A stretch of 64,000 nt of DNA from positions 87,420,001 through 87,484,000 of the forward strand of contig OX597817.1 of the NCBI GenBank assembly GCA_951406725.2. The letters are read 5' to 3'. The stretch is from Octopus vulgaris (Eukaryota). The translations under genes were made by a program, and so were the position numbers. The notes under the pieces are model-generated. The model searched no databases, was not told the DNA's origin, and worked only from the letters and a program-made list of their open reading frames with translations. Shown here one piece after another: positions 57,943 through 64,000 of this stretch; the stretch's first letter is position 1; each line of letters starts with the position of its first letter.

Positions 57943-58010
57943 GATAGATAGATAGATAGACAGACAGAGATATAGATACACTTATATGAATATATATATA
58001 TATTTATATT

Positions 58011-58045
<35 letters not shown>

Positions 58046-58085
58046 CATACAAATACATATACATACATGTATATGTACATGTATG

Positions 58086-58117
<32 letters not shown>

Positions 58118-58124
<7 letters not shown>

Positions 58125-58390
58125 ATCACGTGACCGACCAGGCCATCAGATGTTGCTACACATCGCTGGTCACAATGCGTTCGCATTGTTTTAGCCTTCG
58201 AACGACGCCACCCCGCTAGCTAAGCGAGCAGGCCAACAACAGAAAGAGTGGGATCACCACCCCCTGCCGGAGCCTTGTGGAGCTTTTAGGTGTTTTCGCT
58301 CAATAAACACACACAGCGCCCGGTCTGGGAATCGAAACCGCGATCCTCCGACCGCGAGTCCGCTGCCCTAACCACTGGGCCATTGCGCCT

Positions 58391-58392
<2 letters not shown>
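58118..58392 (-). mobile_element. tRNA-derived SINE (family C)
   Basis: Head ggaggcgcaatggcccagtggttagg..ggtttcgattccc (A/B boxes). Second copy at 60583-60863. Confidence 0.8.
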
Positions 58393-58482
<90 letters not shown>

Positions 58483-58489
58483 GTATATG

Positions 58490-58521
<32 letters not shown>

Positions 58522-58789
58522 TGTATGTATGTATGTATGTATGTATGTATGTATGCATGTATGTATGTATTCATTTTCGAATTAAAAGCAGCGCTAGTGT
58601 TGTAAACATTATCAACCGAACATAATATATGTGTTCTGCTTGTGCGACAATTGCTGTGGCATAGCGCTTTGGGGACGACTCCGTCATACACACACACACA
58701 CACATAGATACACTGTTGCTCTTCGGCGAATCTCATATATTGCATCATACGTAAACTCTGCAGTGCTCTTTACATTGAAGAAACAGGGC

Positions 58790-59370
58790 GAACAGATCAG
58801 AAGCATAATGCAACGTATGCCAGGCCAGCCTGTCGCCACCCACTTCAACAATCGTTCTATTGCAGATTTATCAGTGTGTGGCGAGGCCAAGCACTCCGGG
58901 CCCTGCTTCTCTAGGAAACGAAAGGAGCAATGTCTCATATTTGATCTTGGCACTATGTTCCTGACAGATATGAATGAAAGCTTTTCATTTCACCTCCTCT
59001 TAATTCTTTTTTACCCTTTTTAATCCTCCTTCCACCCTCTCTCTGCGACATACCCGTATTTACTTACCTCTACTCTCTCTATCATTCTTTTCCTCCTCCT
59101 TTCTGCGCGCCCATCTCCTATAACTTCTGTTTCACGTTAACAGCCCGCGTTAATTCTGCGTCAGTTATCAGTTGCATCCAGGTTTACAAGCTGAGAGGCT
59201 GTAAACTCTGTTTATCTTTTCTCCACCCCCTGACGAAGTATTACATCCGAAACGTTAGATATTCTACACCTCGCGGCAAGTTCACTGTATCCCTTTCACT
59301 TGTTTCTGTATTTGTCCAGGTCTTGCTGCTGCAGAGCCCCACAAGATTTCTTGTAGCTTGCTTGATTATA
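58790..59370 (+). mobile_element. Penelope-like element 3' fragment (GIY-YIG C-terminus plus pLTR-like tail with hammerhead relic)
   Basis: PVATHFNNRSIADLSVCG..RKRKEQCLIFDLGTM..MNESFSF resembles a PLE endonuclease C-terminus. Followed by CUGACGA-a..cc-GAAAcgtta at 59230-59257. Confidence 0.65.
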
Positions 59371-59394
59371 TACATGTGTGTGTGTGTGTGTGTG

Positions 59395-59467
<73 letters not shown>

Positions 59468-60122
59468 AACTCAAAGGCATAGTGATTGTTGGTATCTACT
59501 TTCAGTTCAACCCCGATAGAGCAGACATATGATTAAAGGAATTGGAGCTAGAGACGAACAATACTCTGCCAATATTATTTCTGGAGTGGGCATCATATTT
59601 GCTTCCTCTTGAATTTCTTCATTCAAAGTTATCTCCTTTGCTCTCAACCCCAGTTACACGTTGAAGATAACGCTTTCCTTCTTCTTCGCGTGTGTAAGTT
59701 TAATAAACTGAAAACTGCAGGGTTATTTTATAAATATTAGTCCTATTTAACTGTTTTCTTGTAGCTTGTGAACATAACTCCGTCCAACATTATTCTTTCT
59801 AAATGTGAAAATAAAAGCTAAAGATTTTAAACGGAGGATGAAGCTTAATTGCAATTTACTATAAAATGAACTTTGCGCTAATTTAAATATATATACATTA
59901 ATAATTTTCATAAATATATTTGAGTGGTTCATTGATTAGTCATAAATACATTTAAGTAATAAATTAAAAATCTTTGAATTAGCCAATCAATTAATTGAGT
60001 AATTAAAATGCTCTGATATAACAGCAAACAACCTTGATTTATCTCCATAAACACACAATCATACACAGACCATATGTATGTGTGTATGTGTGTGTGAGTA
60101 TGTCTGTGTGTGTATGTCTGTG

Positions 60123-60173
<51 letters not shown>

Positions 60174-60546
60174 AATACAGTAGATACGCTCAATATAGGA
60201 ATCATATAATAGTATCCGAAGTAATTTGAACTTAAACTCAAGATTCTTGATTCGGAGCAAGGTCACAGTGTCAAAAGGGACGGCAAGAGAAAACCAGATC
60301 GAGCCGATTTGGAGGTAATAATGCCGATAAACACAGTTGAGTTTTATATATATATTCCACGATCTCAAACTTTGGACCCCTAATGTTAGCCTTATAAACT
60401 GTCCATCTTGATCCCACCCTGACTAGTAGGTTTGATAATTTTTGTGGGATTTAATGCTACAATGAAACTAATTACAGCATTAATCTTTATATAAAGAATT
60501 ATTTCCCACCAATGCGGTGCTAAGCACACATTCTCATTATTCTATA

Positions 60547-60582
<36 letters not shown>

Positions 60583-60586
<4 letters not shown>

Positions 60587-60863
60587 CGTGATCACCGTGA
60601 CAGACCAGGCTATCAGATGTTGCTACACATCGCTGGTCACAATGCGCTTCGCATTGTTTTCGCCTTCATATGACGCCACCCCGCTGGCTAAGTGAGCAGG
60701 CCAACAGAAGAAAGAGTGAGAGAATGTCGTGGCGAAAGAGTACAGCAGGGATCGCCACTACCCACTGCCGGAGCCGCGTGGAGCTTTAGGTGTTTTCGCT
60801 CAATAAACACTCACAACGCCCGGTCTGGGAATCGAAACCACGATCCTGGGCCATTGCGCCTCC
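60583..60863 (-). mobile_element. tRNA-derived SINE (family C)
   Basis: Homologue of 58118-58392 with a small deletion in the head. Confidence 0.8.
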
Positions 60864-60864
60864 A

Positions 60865-60910
<46 letters not shown>

Positions 60911-60930
60911 CATATACATATATATATATA

Positions 60931-60985
<55 letters not shown>

Positions 60986-61204
60986 TCAATATAGGGTGGC
61001 AAAAAATTTCGCAGAATTTTTTTGCCACCAGCGGCCTAGTGGGAAAAAATTAAATAGTCATAGACCATTTATAAATTCAACAGCAAAATCAAGGAACGGC
61101 CATAATAGGCCATTCACCCACTAGAAATAACAGCCAAGGTTTCAACCGCAAAACAACATTAATTCCGTAAACCAGGAGAAAATTAAAAAACATTTACCCT
61201 GTAA

Positions 61205-61309
61205 TTCTTTATACGATGCACCGTTTCTTCTATTGTTTAATGGTAAACCAACCTGATTAAATTAAATCAAGCTAGTCTTCCATAGGCCGATAGATTCATC
61301 AGTAAAGAA
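61205..61309 (-). ncRNA. type I hammerhead ribozyme (family 1)
   Basis: Reverse complement of the 62529-62633 motif. Confidence 0.82.
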
Positions 61310-61689
61310 CGGCCAGGTCGGAGCAGATATTTACACGAGGCACTTTCAACACTGTCTCAGCAATATCTGACCTAAAATTTTCAAATCATCGCACTCGCGC
61401 CAAATTTATCGGCAGCAAATATAAGCCGCCGATTCCATTACGGAATTAACCAGAAAATTCATAATTAATCAATATAGGGTGGCAAAAAATTTCGCAGAAT
61501 TTTTTTGCCACCAGCGGCCTAGTGGGAAAAAATTAAATAGTCATAGACCATTTATAAATTCAACAGCAAAATCAAGGAACGGCCATAATAGGCCATTCAC
61601 CCACTAGAAATAACAGCCAAGGTTTCAACCGCAAAAACAACATTAATTCCGTAAACCAGGAGAAAATTAAAAAAACATTTACCCTGTAA

Positions 61690-61794
61690 TTCTTTATACG
61701 ATGCACCGTTTCTTCTATTGTTTAATGGTAAACCAACCTGATTAAATTAAATCAAGCTAGTCTTCCATAGGCCGATAGATTCATCAGTAAAGAA
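61690..61794 (-). ncRNA. type I hammerhead ribozyme (family 1)
   Basis: Reverse complement of the 62529-62633 motif. Confidence 0.82.
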
Positions 61795-62045
61795 CGGCCA
61801 GGTCGGAGCAGATATTTACACGAGGCACTTTCAACACTGTCTCAGCAATATCTGACCTAAAATTTTCAAATCATCGCACTCGCGCCAAATTTAAGCCGCC
61901 GATTCCGTTACGGAATTAACCAGAAAATTCATAATTAATCAATTAATCAATTTGGCGCGAGTGCGATGATTTGAAAATTTTAGGTCAGATATTGCTGAGA
62001 CAGTGTTGAAAGTGCCTCGTGTAAATATCTGCTCCGACCTGGCCG

Positions 62046-62150
62046 TTCTTTACTGATGAATCTATCGGCCTATGGAAGACTAGTTTGATTTAATTTAATC
62101 AGGTTGGTTTACCATTAAACAATAGAAGAAACGGTGCATCGTATAAAGAA
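62046..62150 (+). ncRNA. type I hammerhead ribozyme (family 1)
   Basis: ttcttta-CUGAUGA-a tctat...ataga a-GAAA-cggtgcatcg-UA-taaagaa. Predicted cleavage after 62143. Confidence 0.82.
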
Positions 62151-62528
62151 TTACAGGGTAAATGTTTTTTTAATTTTCTCCTGGTTTACGGATTTAATGT
62201 TGTTTTGCGGTTGAAACCTTGGCTGTTATTTCTAGTGGGTGAATGGCCTATTATGGCCGTTCCTTGATTTTGCTGTTGAATTTATAAATGGTCTATGACT
62301 ATTTAATTTTTTCCCACTAGGCCGCTGGTGGCAAAAAAATTCTGCGAAATTTTTTGCCACCCTATATTGATTAATTATGAATTTTCTGGTTAATTCCGTA
62401 ATGGAATCGGCGGCTTATATTTGCTGCCGATAAATTGGCGCGAGTGCGATGATTTGAAAATTTTAGGTCAGATTTTGCTGAGACAGTGTTGAAAGTGCCT
62501 CGTGTAAATATCTGCTCCGACCTGGCCG

Positions 62529-62633
62529 TTCTTTACTGATGAATCTATCGGCCTATGGAAGACTAGCTTGATTTAATTTAATCAGGTTGGTTTACCATTA
62601 AACAATAGAAGAAACGGTGCATCGTATAAAGAA
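62529..62633 (+). ncRNA. type I hammerhead ribozyme (family 1)
   Basis: Same motif, +483. Predicted cleavage after 62626. Confidence 0.82.
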
Positions 62634-63011
62634 TTACAGGGTAAATGTTTTTTAATTTTCTCCTGGTTTACGGATTTAATGTTGTTTTGCGGTTGAAACC
62701 TTGGCTGTTATTTCTAGTGGGTGAATGGCCTATTATGGCCGTTCCTTGATTTTGCTGTTGAATTTATAAATGGTCTATGACTATTTAATTTTTTCCCACT
62801 AGGCCGCTGGTGGCAAAAAAATTCTGCGAAATTTTTTGCCACCCTATATTGATTAATTATGAATTTTCTGGTTAATTCCGTAATGGAATCGGCGGCTTAT
62901 ATTTGCTGCCGATAAATTTGGCGCAAGTGCGATGATTTGAAAATTTTAGGTCAGATATTGCTGAGACAGTGTTGAAAGTGCCTCGTGTAAATATCTGCTC
63001 CGACCTGGCCG

Positions 63012-63116
63012 TTCTTTACTGATGAATCTATCGGCCTATGGAAGACTAGCTTGATTTAATTTAATCAGGTTGGTTTACCATTAAACAATAGAAGAAACGG
63101 TGCATCGTATAAAGAA
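63012..63116 (+). ncRNA. type I hammerhead ribozyme (family 1)
   Basis: Same motif. Predicted cleavage after 63109. Confidence 0.82.
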
Positions 63117-63494
63117 TTACAGGGTAAATGTTTTTTAATTTTCTCCTGGTTTACGGAATTAATGTTGTTTTGCGGTTGAAACCTTGGCTGTTATTTCTAG
63201 TGGGTGAATGGCCTATTATGGCCGTTCCTTGATTTTGCTGTTGAATTTATAAATGGTCTATGACTATTTAATTTTTTCCCACTAGGCCGCTGGTGGCAAA
63301 AAAATTCTGCGAAATTTTTTGCCACCCTATATTGATTAATTATGAATTTTCTGGTTAATTCCGTAATGGAATCGGCGGCTTATATTTGCTGCCGATAAAT
63401 TTGGCGCGAGTGCGATGATTTGAAAATTTTAGGTCAGATATTGCTGAGACAGTGTTGAAAGTGCCTCGTGTAAATATCTGCTCCGACCTGGCCG

Positions 63495-63599
63495 TTCTTT
63501 ACTGATGAATCTATCGGCCTATGGAAGACTAGCTTGATTTAATTTAATCAGGTTGGTTTACCATTAAACAATAGAAGAAACGGTGCATCGTATAAAGAA
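63495..63599 (+). ncRNA. type I hammerhead ribozyme (family 1)
   Basis: Same motif. Predicted cleavage after 63592. Confidence 0.82.
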
Positions 63600-64000
63600 T
63601 TACAGGGTAAATGTTTTTTAATTTTCTCCTGGTTTACGGAATTAATGTTGTTTTGCGGTTGAAACCTTGGCTGTTATTTCTAGTGGGTGAATGGCCTATT
63701 ATGGCCGTTCCTTGATTTTGCTATATATATATATATATATATTAATTATATATATATATATATATATAATAAGATTAGCTCGTATACGAGTGGGTATATA
63801 TTTGTAAAAAATGAAGTTTGAAAATGCTGCTATATTAGACAAATTTTAATTTTTATATATACATTATTTATTTAACATGTTTCGGTTCTTGAAATGACGA
63901 ACCTTATCAAGAAAAATTTATATATAAAAAAGATAGTTCATGCTATCAAATATAAAAAATTCATATATAATATTCAATAGAATCAAACATAAAAAATTCA

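Larger units (their letters stand above)
60981..63722. repeat. 483-bp hammerhead-containing tandem array, head-to-head (2 units on -, ~3.7 units on +), retrozyme-like
   Basis: Markers at 61953/62436/62919/63402 and 60981/61464 give period 483. Inversion junction ~61943-61949; (TA)n on both flanks. Confidence 0.95.

Noticed and set aside
60981-63722. CRISPR array or rolling-circle ORF (483 is divisible by 3)
   Set aside because: Units are near-identical with no variable spacers, and the context is eukaryotic. The ORF track shows no long ORF inside the array.

Overview
AT-rich, microsatellite-saturated eukaryotic DNA with no confidently identifiable host gene. Its SINE families and (TA)n/(TACA)n/(GATA)n content resemble a cephalopod (Octopus-like) intronic or intergenic region; this is inference. 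Most long ORFs in the track are microsatellite artefacts. Recognisable coding remnants are all from transposable elements: piggyBac, Tc1, mariner, Helitron-like, R4/Dong-like RLE LINEs, RTE, Tx1/L1-like and a Penelope-like GIY-YIG fragment. The standout is non-coding. At 60981-63722 lies a head-to-head array of a 483-bp highly structured unit, each unit carrying a type I hammerhead ribozyme motif (6 copies). A diverged solo copy at 21.1-21.5 kb shows compensatory base-pair changes. Both loci sit in (TA)n and start with an inverted segment. A second intact hammerhead lies in a 451-bp tandem duplication (15.2-16.1 kb), and several decayed hammerhead-like relics are scattered across the window. 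Together these suggest a retrozyme / Penelope-pLTR-like ribozyme retroelement system. All structures were paired by eye; no folding or database search was run.
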